Notes: generated by a model from the letters alone, not told the origin. Shown: positions 38,835 to 49,543, counted from the first letter of the stretch. The stretch is 64,000 nt of DNA from Bdellovibrionales bacterium (GCA_965219545.1 CBDCNX010000023.1:1-64000), one strand, 5' to 3'. Translations and numbers: made by a program.

Positions 38835-39098
38835 TTAATTCCTCACTGACGACATTTTTATACGATCCTTAAAGTCCTTGGGAATTTCCAGAAGAGTATC
38901 AAGGACCCTGTCCTGTTTAACTGTCTCCACAGGCTCCTCAGAAAAATGATGTTTTCCCTGAACAAGAATCTCATCAAAAGAAATTTCCTGTTCATTTTTT
39001 ATGACATTTTTCTCAGGCTCCTCTTTAGGAGACGAAAAAACAGACAGACTCCCGATAGTAACAGCCAAAAATAATACGATTCGATAATTCATAATCAC
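38835..39098 (-). CDS. small secreted protein (GltF-like candidate)
   Basis: 87 aa with signal peptide; position between the TPR and AgmX-like genes mirrors gltF. Confidence 0.35.
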   Translation of the reverse strand: MIMNYRIVLFLAVTIGSLSVFSSPKEEPEKNVIKNEQEISFDEILVQGKHHFSEEPVETVKQDRVLDTLLEIPKDFKDRIKMSSVRN

Positions 39099-39158
39099 CC
39101 CTTTTTATACGTTCAGGTTTTTACAAAGTCACAAAAACAAATGGTCTTCATTATAAAT

Positions 39159-42100
39159 TTAATCCATTTTTTCCAAACGATTACTTAAATAAATAATCAT
39201 GGGTTGATATCCCCGAATGGTTTCCAATTCAACAAGTTTTTTAAGAGCTTTCTTATCCATGGGGGTCTTTCTGACCTGCTCTCTGGCCGCTTCCAGTGAG
39301 GAGACAGAAGACAATTGGCGTTTCCCGTTCTGACGATAAACCAGGTTTAAAAGACCCGATGATGATTTCACAGAACCTAATTTTTCAATCTGGGGGCCTA
39401 AAAGAGCCTGAACCCCCAGGCTGCTTTTATGAAAATCAGCATAAAGACGATCCTGGGAGTTCTGATCTTTCCAGAGTTCATCAATCTTTAACTGAATCCG
39501 ATCCGCTTTCAGTTTATAAGGAGTCACCTGTTCGCTGAGTAACGTCATAAACTCCTGTTTTTCTTTTTCACCTAAATCCCCGGAAACAGGCAAAGCCATC
39601 AGGTCTTCATAAAAACGAGTGTATTGGGTTTTCAGATGATCCAAAAAAACAACCTGAACAAGCCAGTCCTCGGTTTTGGTGGCATCACCGATAACCCTTT
39701 CAAAACGATTTATGAGATTCAACCTCTGCTGAATGGAGCGGGCCAAACGACCAATCCCAAGTTTATGTCTTTCAAGTTTTTTAAGCCATGTTTCACCCCG
39801 CTTAAGCAGGAGACCACGGGAAACAACTGAAGCCAGCCATGTTTTTTCAAGCCCGTGGGTTTTAAGTCGATTGAAAAGAGGGGACAGGGGTCCCTTCCCG
39901 CCATAAGTGTCAATAATGAGACTTGCAAAAACCTCCCTGTCTTTTTTTAAGTGAGAAACACAGGACTGATACGGTCCTTTTAAAGTCCCGCTCTTTTCAA
40001 CCAGCTTAAAACAAATGGAAAAGGCCAGTTTTGGATCCTGTGTCGTCTTCAAATACTTAAAATAATACTTCTCTGAGGGTTTCTCAGCCAGATCCGCAAG
40101 ATGAGCCAGCCTGAGCCAATCATCCATCTCTAACTTTTTATAGGAAAGATAGGCATCATTGAAATCCAACTGTGTCTCATCAAGCCAGACTTTATTCTCC
40201 AGAGCAAAACGACGCTCCTTATCTGTAATGTTATCGAGAGCAAGAAAAGCCTGAAGGGATTCCTCCATTTCACGAAACTTATTCAACTGACGGGATAAAA
40301 TAATTTTGTTTTCATAGTAGGTTTTTACTTTCCCGGGATCAGCGTAAGACACATCAAAACGGCTGAGAACAGTCCAGGCCTTTTCATGATCTGAAGACAA
40401 TCGGGCCGCCTGGGACAGAACGGCCTGACCCACCAGTCCCAGAAAATGTTTTTTTTGATCGGGAAAACTTTTGGCAAACTCCCTGCCCCAGGTTTCAATG
40501 GTTGAATCATCTTTTGTAAACACCAGGCAGTCCAGGGCCATTTCAGCAGACTGAAGTTTCAGTTTGGATGAAGCCGATGGATATTTTGCCAATTTTTGAA
40601 ATTTACCGGCAGCCACTTCGTAATTTTTGTTTTCATAGTGAACCTGAGCTATTTGATAGCGAACTTCCGATAATTTGGATCTTTCCACACTTTTTTCCAG
40701 ATAAAGATTTTGGGAAGCTGTCAACCATTGGGGATTTTTGGCTTTTTCGGCAATTTCAATTCCCCGAAGCAAAAGAGATTCAAGGACTTTATTATCCCGT
40801 GTTAAAGACATCGCTTTCCCATTCCAATGATAAGCCCTTGAAAAATCCTCCGCCAGAAGGGCCGTCTGCGAGGCCAGTTTAAAAGCTTCAGCATCTTTGG
40901 AATCCACTTCAAAATAAGCTTCATAAGCCATGATTAACTCTTTGGAAGGGGTTTTCTTCTCATCGCGATTCCAGTCAAAAACAATATTCCGCAATCGCAT
41001 TTTCAGTTCCCCGGACTGAACCTGTTCAGTGGATTGGATCCCCTGGAGTTTGCCTGATTGGAACTTCTTTAAACTTTTTTCAGTTTTTGACTCAGCCAGA
41101 AGCAGAGATTTCCATTGACTCAAAGCTCTTTGAAAGTAAGAAAAAAGTTTCTCTTTCCCACCTGTCCTGAAACTGAGACTGGCCAGGTTTATTAAAGCAT
41201 CAATACGAACCTGAAGCTGATCCGCTTTTTCCACAACCAGTTTCCAGGCCTGTTCAGATTGTTGAATTTGCCCCAAACGCTCCAACTCCCTTGCCAGAAA
41301 TGAAACATTCAAAATCTGATTTTCCCCGTCGGGGCTCAGTTCAAAGACCTTCCCGATGGCCTGAAGATCCACCTGCTGATTATGGGCCATAAAAACCGTA
41401 TAATCCCTGGCAATTTCAGCCTTGAAATCCTCATCCACACCGGAAAGGATTTCCCTGTTACGGGTGAGGAGTTCCGGAGTTTTTAACATTTTCTCAAGAC
41501 CGGAAACAGCCCCCAAAACATCCCCCGTATTATAAAGACACCAGGCCAGACGAAAACCGGCCAGTCCCCTTCTTTTAAAAGAATCTTCAGCAAGGGTCCT
41601 CTGATAATGGCTTCCGGCCTTCCGAAAATCCCTCTGTTTAAAGTAAATTTCAGCCAAAGAGAATTCAGCTTCCGCTTTCAGAAGACCCCGACTTCCATCC
41701 ACAACCTTTCTGTAAAGGTCAATGGCTTTGGAGTTTTGACCCACCAACTCATGAAGATGACCCACCTGTATTAAAACAATCTGAAGCTGATTCGAGTCCA
41801 AATGGGGCAGAACATAATGATAATACATGAGAGCTTGTTTCCTATCCTCCTGTCCACCGGTGCATTCAATACAACCTTTTTCCAACTCTTTTTTAGCCTG
41901 TAAACGACCTCTCTCAGCATGGAGATCGGCAAGCCTCAAACCCACTTTCACCCTGTCCGGACTGTTTTCAGGCAAACCTGAAAAAATCCCTTTTAATTTA
42001 CCAATCAACAGATCCTGTGTCTGGATACGGGTCTGGTTTCCGGGCACAGCCCTTGCCCGTTGGGAAAACACAATAAGAACCAACACAATCAGCAATCCGG

Positions 42101-42167
42101 AAAAAAAGATCAATTTTCCCAGGCGGGAGATAAAAAACAAATTCAAACAATTTCCAGTATTTTTCAT
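39159..42167 (-). CDS. large secreted TPR-repeat protein (GltD/AgmU-like candidate)
   Basis: 1002 aa; signal/TM at N-terminus; many TPR-like helical pairs (AxxxYxxA/LxxxG patterns) throughout. Confidence 0.55.
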   Translation of the reverse strand: MKNTGNCLNLFFISRLGKLIFFSGLLIVLVLIVFSQRARAVPGNQTRIQTQDLLIGKLKGIFSGLPENSPDRVKVGLRLADLHAERGRLQAKKELEKGCIECTGGQEDRKQALMYYHYVLPHLDSNQLQIVLIQVGHLHELVGQNSKAIDLYRKVVDGSRGLLKAEAEFSLAEIYFKQRDFRKAGSHYQRTLAEDSFKRRGLAGFRLAWCLYNTGDVLGAVSGLEKMLKTPELLTRNREILSGVDEDFKAEIARDYTVFMAHNQQVDLQAIGKVFELSPDGENQILNVSFLARELERLGQIQQSEQAWKLVVEKADQLQVRIDALINLASLSFRTGGKEKLFSYFQRALSQWKSLLLAESKTEKSLKKFQSGKLQGIQSTEQVQSGELKMRLRNIVFDWNRDEKKTPSKELIMAYEAYFEVDSKDAEAFKLASQTALLAEDFSRAYHWNGKAMSLTRDNKVLESLLLRGIEIAEKAKNPQWLTASQNLYLEKSVERSKLSEVRYQIAQVHYENKNYEVAAGKFQKLAKYPSASSKLKLQSAEMALDCLVFTKDDSTIETWGREFAKSFPDQKKHFLGLVGQAVLSQAARLSSDHEKAWTVLSRFDVSYADPGKVKTYYENKIILSRQLNKFREMEESLQAFLALDNITDKERRFALENKVWLDETQLDFNDAYLSYKKLEMDDWLRLAHLADLAEKPSEKYYFKYLKTTQDPKLAFSICFKLVEKSGTLKGPYQSCVSHLKKDREVFASLIIDTYGGKGPLSPLFNRLKTHGLEKTWLASVVSRGLLLKRGETWLKKLERHKLGIGRLARSIQQRLNLINRFERVIGDATKTEDWLVQVVFLDHLKTQYTRFYEDLMALPVSGDLGEKEKQEFMTLLSEQVTPYKLKADRIQLKIDELWKDQNSQDRLYADFHKSSLGVQALLGPQIEKLGSVKSSSGLLNLVYRQNGKRQLSSVSSLEAAREQVRKTPMDKKALKKLVELETIRGYQPMIIYLSNRLEKMD

Positions 42168-42178
42168 AAAAATCCTTC

Positions 42179-42649
42179 TTACTTTCTAACCACCGCAAAA
42201 TTGATATCACTGTAACCGGCATGGCTTCCCGCCTGAATCACATGACTGAGAAGATCATAGGTCTGACGACGATCAGCCTGAATGGTCATGGCTCCACTGA
42301 ATTCCGTTCCCGGATAATATTTTTCCCAATTTTTTTTTAACTTTACAAGTTTTTCAACAAGACTGTTGACAGACACTTCCTCTTCTTCAATGTACAACTT
42401 TTCTTTTTCAACTTTCACCACCACATTGCGTTCAAGACCCACGACCTCACTGGCTGATGGCAGTTCCATACCTTTACCAACATAAAGAAGTTCGCCTGTG
42501 GTTGAAAAAGTCACCAAAAGATAAATCACAAGAACAGAAAAGTATCCACAAGAGATGTCAGCATAATTGTGGCCACAAGATTTTTTCTGACTTTGGCTCT
42601 GGATATGGATTTTAAATATCTCTGTGAAACCTGATAAAACACAATCCAA
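42179..42649 (-). CDS. ExbD/TolR family protein (second copy; AglS-like)
   Basis: 156 aa; single TM (YFSVLVIYLLVTF) then a periplasmic domain ending ...TYDLLSHVIQAGSHAGYSDINFAV, resembling the ExbD C-terminus. Confidence 0.5.
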   Translation of the reverse strand: MDCVLSGFTEIFKIHIQSQSQKKSCGHNYADISCGYFSVLVIYLLVTFSTTGELLYVGKGMELPSASEVVGLERNVVVKVEKEKLYIEEEEVSVNSLVEKLVKLKKNWEKYYPGTEFSGAMTIQADRRQTYDLLSHVIQAGSHAGYSDINFAVVRK

Positions 42650-42667
42650 ACTCCTTTTACGTTATGA

Positions 42668-43135
42668 TTAAATAGGTGTCACTCCCAGATCTTCGATCCC
42701 ACTCTGCCTGAAAACATCCATCAACCTGATAATGTCCTCAAACCTGGTTACTTTTGAAGGGCGAATAAGAGCCATGGACAACTGATCAAAATCCCCGGTG
42801 AGCTTTGTCAGATAATCACTCAACCTTTCATAATCAGGTCGCCCTTCCCTCCCCTTAATTTCCCGGTTTTTATAAACACTCAGAATCTTTTTTGGACTGT
42901 TACGCAACTGAATCTTCAAACCTCCTTCAGGTTCAAACAAAACCCACATTTCCGGTTTTGGTTTCAAACCTTCCGCAGCCTGACCGCCAATGGCCTGCTT
43001 GACATTCATTGAGGCAATCTGAACCCACACAGTGGTTAACAGCAAAAAACAAATACAAACAGACAAAAGAGAGATAAAAGCCACCAGATCAATTTCCGTA
43101 TTCATGGACTTTTTTGTTTTCCTCTCTCCAAACAT
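42668..43135 (-). CDS. ExbD/TolR family protein (AglQ-like)
   Basis: 155 aa; N-terminal EIDLVAFISLLSVCICFLLL (TolR/ExbD TM motif) plus a periplasmic domain. Confidence 0.65.
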   Translation of the reverse strand: MFGERKTKKSMNTEIDLVAFISLLSVCICFLLLTTVWVQIASMNVKQAIGGQAAEGLKPKPEMWVLFEPEGGLKIQLRNSPKKILSVYKNREIKGREGRPDYERLSDYLTKLTGDFDQLSMALIRPSKVTRFEDIIRLMDVFRQSGIEDLGVTPI

Positions 43136-43152
43136 ATTTTTCCTCTTTCCCC

Positions 43153-43830
43153 CTAAAACTCTGAAGAGGGACGGTTGTGAAACTCAAGGGGATTGAATGA
43201 ATGACTCAACCAATTGTAAACCTTAAGAGCCGCCTGATTCAGATCGTCAGTAAGGGCCTGAGAGCGGTTGGTCAGAATAGCGTAAACAAGAAGCGTGGGA
43301 ATAGCCACAATCAAACCAAAAGCCGTTGTATTCATGGCCTCGGAAACACCATTGGAAAGAAGAGTGGCTTTTTCCACAGGGCTGGCATTACTGACAGCGG
43401 CAAAGGCCTTGATCATTCCCGTAATGGTTCCCAAGAGTCCCGCCAGAGTGGCCACGTTGGCAATCATGGCGAGAAAGGCTGTTCTCTTTTCAATTTCCTC
43501 TGTTTCCTCCAGGATAACCTCCTCCATGCGACCGTGGATTTCATCTTTGCCGCCCATGTTCATGGCCACTTCGGTGCCTGCTGCCACCGTCCTGTAAATA
43601 GACAGACTCTCATTTTCCTGACTGGCTTTCAATACAGAATCCAGTTTTCCCTGACGAATTCCCTTTTCAAAAACAAGAACTTTGATTTTTTGCTCCGGCT
43701 TTCTTTTAATATAAAGGGCAATAATCCTTTCAATGGTGATAACAACCCCAAGGACAAACAAACCCAGTATGAACCACATACAGATTCCACCACTGTTAAA
43801 CTTTTCCGACAGTGAACCCAAAAAATCCAT
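43153..43830 (-). CDS. MotA/TolQ/ExbB proton-channel protein (AglR-like)
   Basis: 225 aa, three TMs; LAGLLGTITGMIKAF and AFGLIVAIPTLLVY motifs typical of TolQ/ExbB. Confidence 0.8.
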   Translation of the reverse strand: MDFLGSLSEKFNSGGICMWFILGLFVLGVVITIERIIALYIKRKPEQKIKVLVFEKGIRQGKLDSVLKASQENESLSIYRTVAAGTEVAMNMGGKDEIHGRMEEVILEETEEIEKRTAFLAMIANVATLAGLLGTITGMIKAFAAVSNASPVEKATLLSNGVSEAMNTTAFGLIVAIPTLLVYAILTNRSQALTDDLNQAALKVYNWLSHSFNPLEFHNRPSSEF

Positions 43831-44154
43831 GGCACTCCTCTTTTTTAAAATTCACACCTTCAAAAAATCCAGATGAGAATTACAAGGCAATATTATGAAC
43901 CCATTCTTTAATGATAACAGAAACAACAGGAAAAGCGTAAAAATTTCTTTTCTTAATTGCAAGAAAAAGATTGGAAAATATTTTAAATCATAAAATCTTT
44001 GTCATTGGATAAAATAATGTAATGAATAATGTACTAAATAATGATAAAAACACTTTTTGAAAACCGTAATTCTTCATCTGTTTTGATAAAAATTTGGAAG
44101 ACCGCAGGAAAATCTGAAAAAAATTTGCTTTAAAAAAAAACTTGTGAAAAAAAT

Positions 44155-44291
44155 TATACTGATCGTGTTTGAGTTTTCATGGAATTTCCCTGAGAGATCA
44201 TTTATTCTATGCTGAATTTCTTTAGCCAAAATCCGCTTAAAACAAGTGGTCTCTATGAAAATAGCATGAAAAATAAATGATCTTTAGTATA
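44155..44291. repeat. full-length TATACTGA...TCAGTATA element (copy C, inverted orientation, carries both tail modules)
   Basis: tatactgatcgtgtttgagttttcatggaatttccctgagagatcatttattctatgctgaatttctttagccaaaatccgcttaaaacaagtggtctctatgaaaatagcatgaaaaataaatgatctttagtata. Confidence 0.8.
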
Positions 44292-44296
44292 AGTTA

Positions 44297-44482
44297 ATGA
44301 AATGCGGAAATGACATTCGTACATCACATAACATAATTTGTCACATAATTTTTTCCTTAAATGTAGCAAACAGTCACAACCCGTCCGTCGATATCCTTTT
44401 TGTTATTGACAATTCAGGGAGTATAAAAGATATCCAAAACATAAAAGTTTTTTGTGTCTCTGATGTTATTTGCTTTTACTGA
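44297..44482 (+). pseudogene. relic 5' fragment of a VWA lipoprotein of the same family as the 29-33.6 kb array
   Basis: Translation ...NPSVDILFVIDNSGSIKDIQNIK... reproduces the family's MIDAS-containing block (VDILFIIDNSxSM), but the ORF is only 61 aa and lacks the rest of the gene. Confidence 0.5.
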
Positions 44483-44515
44483 AAAATTTTTCTGCCAATT
44501 TTATAGGCATAAACC

Positions 44516-46057
44516 ATGAAAAATATTCATTCCTATAAATGGCCCCTGTTGTCAGGTTTTTTGATCGGTACAAGTTATATCCCCTTTTTCCCCTGGGCCC
44601 TGTTTTTTTGCCTCATACCTCTCTGGTTTTTCTGGCTTAAAGAAGTCTCTTTAAAAAAAATCTTTCTGGGGGGCTGGATCACCCAGTTTGTCCTCAATCT
44701 CATTGGTTTTTACTGGATTACCCACACCGTTGTGGAATTCGGTCATCTGCCTTTTTTTGTGGGCGTGGGAGTTCTTCTCCTCTTTTGTGCTTTTAGTCAT
44801 CTCTATTATCCACTGGCTGGAGTTTTTTGGAAATGGCTCTCCGGCAAACTCAATCTGAGCCAAACAGCCTCTCTTATTCTCCTGCCTTTCATTTTCGTAC
44901 TTTGCGAAAGACTCTATCCTTTTATTTTTTACTGGCATCTGGGTTATCCCTGGTTGTTTGCAAAGTTTCCGGGTTTTCACACAGCCCAGTGGATCGGTTT
45001 TTTTGGACTCAATATTATAACACTTTTAATCAACAGCTTTTTATGCCTGGCATTGATCTCCAGAAAAAAAAGGAACAGAAGTCTGGGCTTTGGAGTCCTG
45101 GCTCTGGGTGTCCTGATCCTAATCAACGGAATTGGATTTATAATTTCCAAAAATATTAAAAAGCCCGATCAGTCTTTTCGGGTGCTGGCTGTCCAGGGAA
45201 ATATCGGAAATTTTGAAAAAGTTCAGGCGAAAGTGGGGTGGCGTTATGTGGACAGTATCACCCAAACCCATATCCATCTGACTCTCCGGGGATTTGAGCA
45301 ATCAGAAAACAAGGACATAGACCTTGTCATCTGGCCTGAAACCGCCATTCCCGCAACCATCACAGAGGATTCCACAGATCCCCACTACGAAAAAGTGGCC
45401 GGATTATCCATGAAACTGAACACACCTTTTCTCATTGGAGCCTTTGAGGAAAAAAATAAAAAAATCTTCAACTCACTGATTCTTACAGATGGAATGAACA
45501 CTTTGGGTTCCTATCAAAAAACCAGACTTCTCGCCTTTGGGGAATACCTGCCTTTTAGTAAATACTTTCCCAAATTAAAAGATCTGCTCCCCATGGTTTC
45601 TGACCTCACCCACGGAACAGGTCCCTCCGTCCTGAAACATCCAAAAGCACTTATTGGAACCCAGATCTGTTATGAGGGTCTTTTTGACGAATTTTCAACC
45701 CAACTTCAAAAAAAGAAGGCCCTGATTTTTATCAATGTCACCAACGATTCCTGGTTCGGGCAAACCTCTGAACCTTATCAGCATATGTATATGACAATGG
45801 CCCGGGCCATTGAAAACAGAAGACCTCTGATACGGGTGACAAACACCGGCATATCCACTGTGATCCTCAGTGACGGTAAAATACTGGAACAATCACCACT
45901 CAATGAGGAATGGGTTAAAGTTTTTGATGTTCCCTATCATTCCACACCCCCCTTCACCTTTTACATGAAACTTTCCGAAAACTGGATATGGATTCTTCTT
46001 TTGCTCATTGGATCCATAATTCTTGGAGATCGACTTGCGGGAACCAATAAACATTGA
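44516..46057 (+). CDS. lnt: apolipoprotein N-acyltransferase
   Basis: 513 aa; N-terminal polytopic membrane domain plus a C-terminal nitrilase-like domain (LVIWPETA..., ICYEGLF..., NDSWFG). Confidence 0.8.
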   Translation: MKNIHSYKWPLLSGFLIGTSYIPFFPWALFFCLIPLWFFWLKEVSLKKIFLGGWITQFVLNLIGFYWITHTVVEFGHLPFFVGVGVLLLFCAFSHLYYPLAGVFWKWLSGKLNLSQTASLILLPFIFVLCERLYPFIFYWHLGYPWLFAKFPGFHTAQWIGFFGLNIITLLINSFLCLALISRKKRNRSLGFGVLALGVLILINGIGFIISKNIKKPDQSFRVLAVQGNIGNFEKVQAKVGWRYVDSITQTHIHLTLRGFEQSENKDIDLVIWPETAIPATITEDSTDPHYEKVAGLSMKLNTPFLIGAFEEKNKKIFNSLILTDGMNTLGSYQKTRLLAFGEYLPFSKYFPKLKDLLPMVSDLTHGTGPSVLKHPKALIGTQICYEGLFDEFSTQLQKKKALIFINVTNDSWFGQTSEPYQHMYMTMARAIENRRPLIRVTNTGISTVILSDGKILEQSPLNEEWVKVFDVPYHSTPPFTFYMKLSENWIWILLLLIGSIILGDRLAGTNKH

Positions 46058-48340
46058 CTGGGACAAAGCCCTTCAGTCCCTGATGAAATTCGCCACTTCC
46101 TCTGAAGCAAGGCAGAAACTTCAAGCCACCCGTCCCCTCAGGAATCCCGAAGAAGCACAAAAAAGTTTTCTCATCATCACTGAAGCCCAAAGCCTTTTAA
46201 AAACCGGGGAACGCCCCCCCATGGAAAGTCTTGATTTTTTCCACTCCTGGGCCCTGCGACTTAAAAAAAACGCCATTCTTAAAACCATTGAACTCAAAGA
46301 CATCCGCTTCTTTCTTTTGGAAGTGGACTGTCTCAATAAAGTGCTGGTGCCCTTTCAAGACTCCTGGTCTGAATCCATCAAATCAAAAATCATGGAGGCC
46401 GGTGAACCTCTCTCAGCCATTGATCAGCTTATGACCCCCCAGGGGGATATCCGCAGTGATGCCTCTGAAAATCTTTACAAACTCACCAGGGAAAAAAAAC
46501 AATTGGTAACCAAAATTCAAAAGATTCTCGATGAACTCGTTAAGGGACATCATTATGATCCCGTCCTCCAGGAAAAATATGTCACCAATCGGGAAGGCCG
46601 GTGGGTGATCCCCATAAAAAGTGGAATGCGACACGAACTGGATGGCATTATCCACGATACAAGTTCCTCAAAGCAAACCGTGTTTATGGAACCGAAAATT
46701 ATCATTCCGCTGAACAACCGCATCAAAGAGGCTGAAATTGACATACAAAAGGAAATTGAAAAACTTTTAAAGGAAATCTCCGATTATCTTTTCCGTCATC
46801 TCCAGAACTTTTATGAAACCAAAGAAATCATGCTTACAGTGGATTGTTTTTTATCAAAAGCCCAGTTTGCCAGTCTCATTGAAGCCCATCCGGTGGAGTT
46901 CAGCAGGAACTCCATTAAAATTAAAGACATGAAACACCCGCTTATGGTCATTCACGGAGAAAAAGTGATCCCAAACAGTCTCTATTTCAATAAAAAGGAA
47001 AGAGTTCTTATTCTCTCCGGTCCCAATGCCGGGGGAAAAACTGTTCTACTTAAATCTTTTGGTCTGGCCTGCCATATGGCCCGCTGTGGGCTTCCCGTAA
47101 GTACCAGTCCCCACCCCGTTCTTCCTTTTTTTGAAAAATTTTTGTGGCTGTGGGGGATAACCAAAGTGTTGACCAGAATTTAAGCACCTTTGTCGGCCAT
47201 CTTCATATTCTCAACGAGGCCTGCAAAGCCCGGGGTCTTGACTCCCTCATATTGATTGATGAAATCTGCGGTTCCACGGATCCCGATGAAGGAGCCGCCC
47301 TGGCCCGGGGGTTTATCGAACACTATGCCGAACAGAATGTTTTTGGGCTGATCACCTCCCACCTGGGGCCTTTAAAAACGGGATGGAAAAAAGACTCCGG
47401 CATTATCAACGGTTCCATGAACTATGACACCCAGTCAGGATCTGTCACCTATCAGTTCATAAGGGGGCTGCCCGGCCAATCCTTTGCCTTCGCCATGGCC
47501 CAAAAAACAGGCATCCTGGAAAGTGTTTATAACAGGGCCAAAGCCTTTCTGAGTCCCTCCGGACAAAAACGTCTGCAATTTATAGAGGAAATGGAAAAAG
47601 TGAAAGAGGATGTGGTGAAACTCAAAATCGAACTTGAAGATCAGATCAGAAAAGCGAAAAAAGACCAATCGGAATACAAAAAGAAAACAGATCAATTTGA
47701 ATATGAGAAAAAAGAACGCATGAATAAGGAAATCTCACAATGGATGGAAAAAGTAAAAAAAGAACTCAAAGAAAAAGAAATAAAAAACATTTTTGAAGCC
47801 CACCAAAAAAGAGAGGAAATAAACATGAGTTTTCCGGAATTGATCAAATCCAATTCCAAAGGAAAAGAACCGGAAAACCTTGAAAACTTTGTCCAAAAAT
47901 TTCCACCGGGAAGCCCTGTTTTTATTTCAAGTCTCAAAAGGGATGGAATTATCCAGGGGGAACCCAACACCAAAGGGGAAATCCCCGTCCTCTCAGGATT
48001 CATGAGACTTTTTATTCATTGGAGCTTTTTGGGGCCATCTCAAAAAAGATCCAACCCCTTAAAGAAAAAAAACAGGGGTCAGGGGTTAAACCCTATCAGC
48101 CAAAAAGATCAAATTGATTTAAGGGGGTTAAAACCCTCTGAAGCCATCGGGAAACTGGAAGTGACCCTCGATAAAGCCCAACTCAGTAATCTGGATCGGC
48201 TTAAAATTATCCACGGACAGGGGGTTTTAAAAAAAACAGTTCTCAACCATCTCTCCCGAAGTGTTTATGTCACCCGCTGGCAGTCTTTTCCCTCTGAAGA
48301 GGGCATCACCCTGGCTTACATTGGAGGAAATGATGATTAA
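46023..48340 (+). CDS. mutS2: endonuclease MutS2 (with C-terminal Smr domain), one apparent frameshift near position 47150
   Basis: ORF 46023-47183 has the Walker A (LSGPNAGGKT); ORF 47144-48340 continues ...DNQSVDQNLSTF...LIDEICGSTDP... and ends with Smr (LDRLKIIHGQGVLKKTV). Total about 780 aa. The frame switch lies at a T/A homopolymer. Confidence 0.75.
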
Positions 48341-48563
48341 AATCCCAAACCCATGGGATGTGTGGGTCCCTATGCAAGCTGAACAGGATCTATGGGAAGC
48401 CCGTCAAAAAGCGGCTTAGTCATGGCAAAAAAACTATTTTCAAAAATATTGACGCAGTGCAGTTTTCTCAAGTTATTATATTAAAATAATGTTTATCGTT
48501 CAGGCATGAAACATTCCCTGATAAATACTTGAAATATTAAAAGTATGATGTACATGGAATATC

Positions 48564-49541
48564 ATGTTTTCCCAGGCTTCTTTAGATAAAAACAGATCCG
48601 TTGCCCCTGGCACAAAAGATAAAAAAGTGGCCATCCTCTTAGCCTGTTTTAACGGGGAAAAGTACCTTGAAGAACAACTCCTTTCAATCAGCAGTCAGAC
48701 TTACAAAAACTGGTATCTGTACGCCTCTGATGACAATTCCAGTGACAACACCTATGCCATCCTTGAAAAGTTTGCCGCAAAACACCCCTCCCGTGTGAAC
48801 CTGACACGTCACTCATCCACACAAGGTGTCAGTAAAAACTTTTTATCCCTTGTTCTCAACAATGAAATAGATGCGGATTTTTTTGCCTTTGCCGATCAGG
48901 ATGATTATTGGTATCACGACAAGCTTGAAAGAAGTATTGAGTGTCTGTCAAAATTTTCCGAAGAAAAACCGGTTGTCTACGGCTCCCGAACGGAAATCGT
49001 GGATAAACAAAAAAACAACATAGGATTCTCCACTCTTTTTAAAAAGAAACCCTGTTTTAAAAACGCATTGGTTCAGAGTATTATAGGGGGAAACACCATG
49101 CTTTTTAACAAAAAAGCCAGGCAGGTTATTCAAAAAGCCAGTGAAAACGTGAATGTTGAGGGACACCACGACTGGTGGATACAAATTGTTATTTCAGGAT
49201 GTGGGGGGCATATTTTCTATGACCCCCGTGCCAACCTCAAATACCGTCAGCATGAGGAAAACATAACAGGGACCAACCTTACCTGGTCAGGACGTTTTTT
49301 ACGGATTGTTAAACTCTTCCATGGAAAGTTTAAATTTTTAAACGACATAAACATAAAATTCCTTCAAAAATCCCAGTATCTTCTCACCCCTGAAAACAAA
49401 ATGATTTTCAACCAGTTTGCCTCAGCCAGAACAGCCTCCCTACCCAAACGATGCCTTGGAGTCTGGAAATCGGGGGTTTTTCGCCAGACCTTTATGGGAA
49501 ACCTGGGGCTTTCCGTGGCAACATTCCTTGGGAAAATATAA
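48564..49541 (+). CDS. family 2 glycosyltransferase (rhamnosyltransferase-like)
   Basis: VAILLACFNGEKYLEEQLLSISSQTYKNWYLYASDDNSSDNT is a GT2 signature with a DD motif. Confidence 0.7.
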   Translation: MFSQASLDKNRSVAPGTKDKKVAILLACFNGEKYLEEQLLSISSQTYKNWYLYASDDNSSDNTYAILEKFAAKHPSRVNLTRHSSTQGVSKNFLSLVLNNEIDADFFAFADQDDYWYHDKLERSIECLSKFSEEKPVVYGSRTEIVDKQKNNIGFSTLFKKKPCFKNALVQSIIGGNTMLFNKKARQVIQKASENVNVEGHHDWWIQIVISGCGGHIFYDPRANLKYRQHEENITGTNLTWSGRFLRIVKLFHGKFKFLNDINIKFLQKSQYLLTPENKMIFNQFASARTASLPKRCLGVWKSGVFRQTFMGNLGLSVATFLGKI

Positions 49542-49543
49542 AT

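Noticed and set aside
43201-43815. 204-aa plus-strand ORF antisense to the TolQ/ExbB gene
   Set aside because: The opposite strand encodes a well-supported MotA/TolQ protein; the antisense translation is Gly/Arg-rich nonsense with no motifs.
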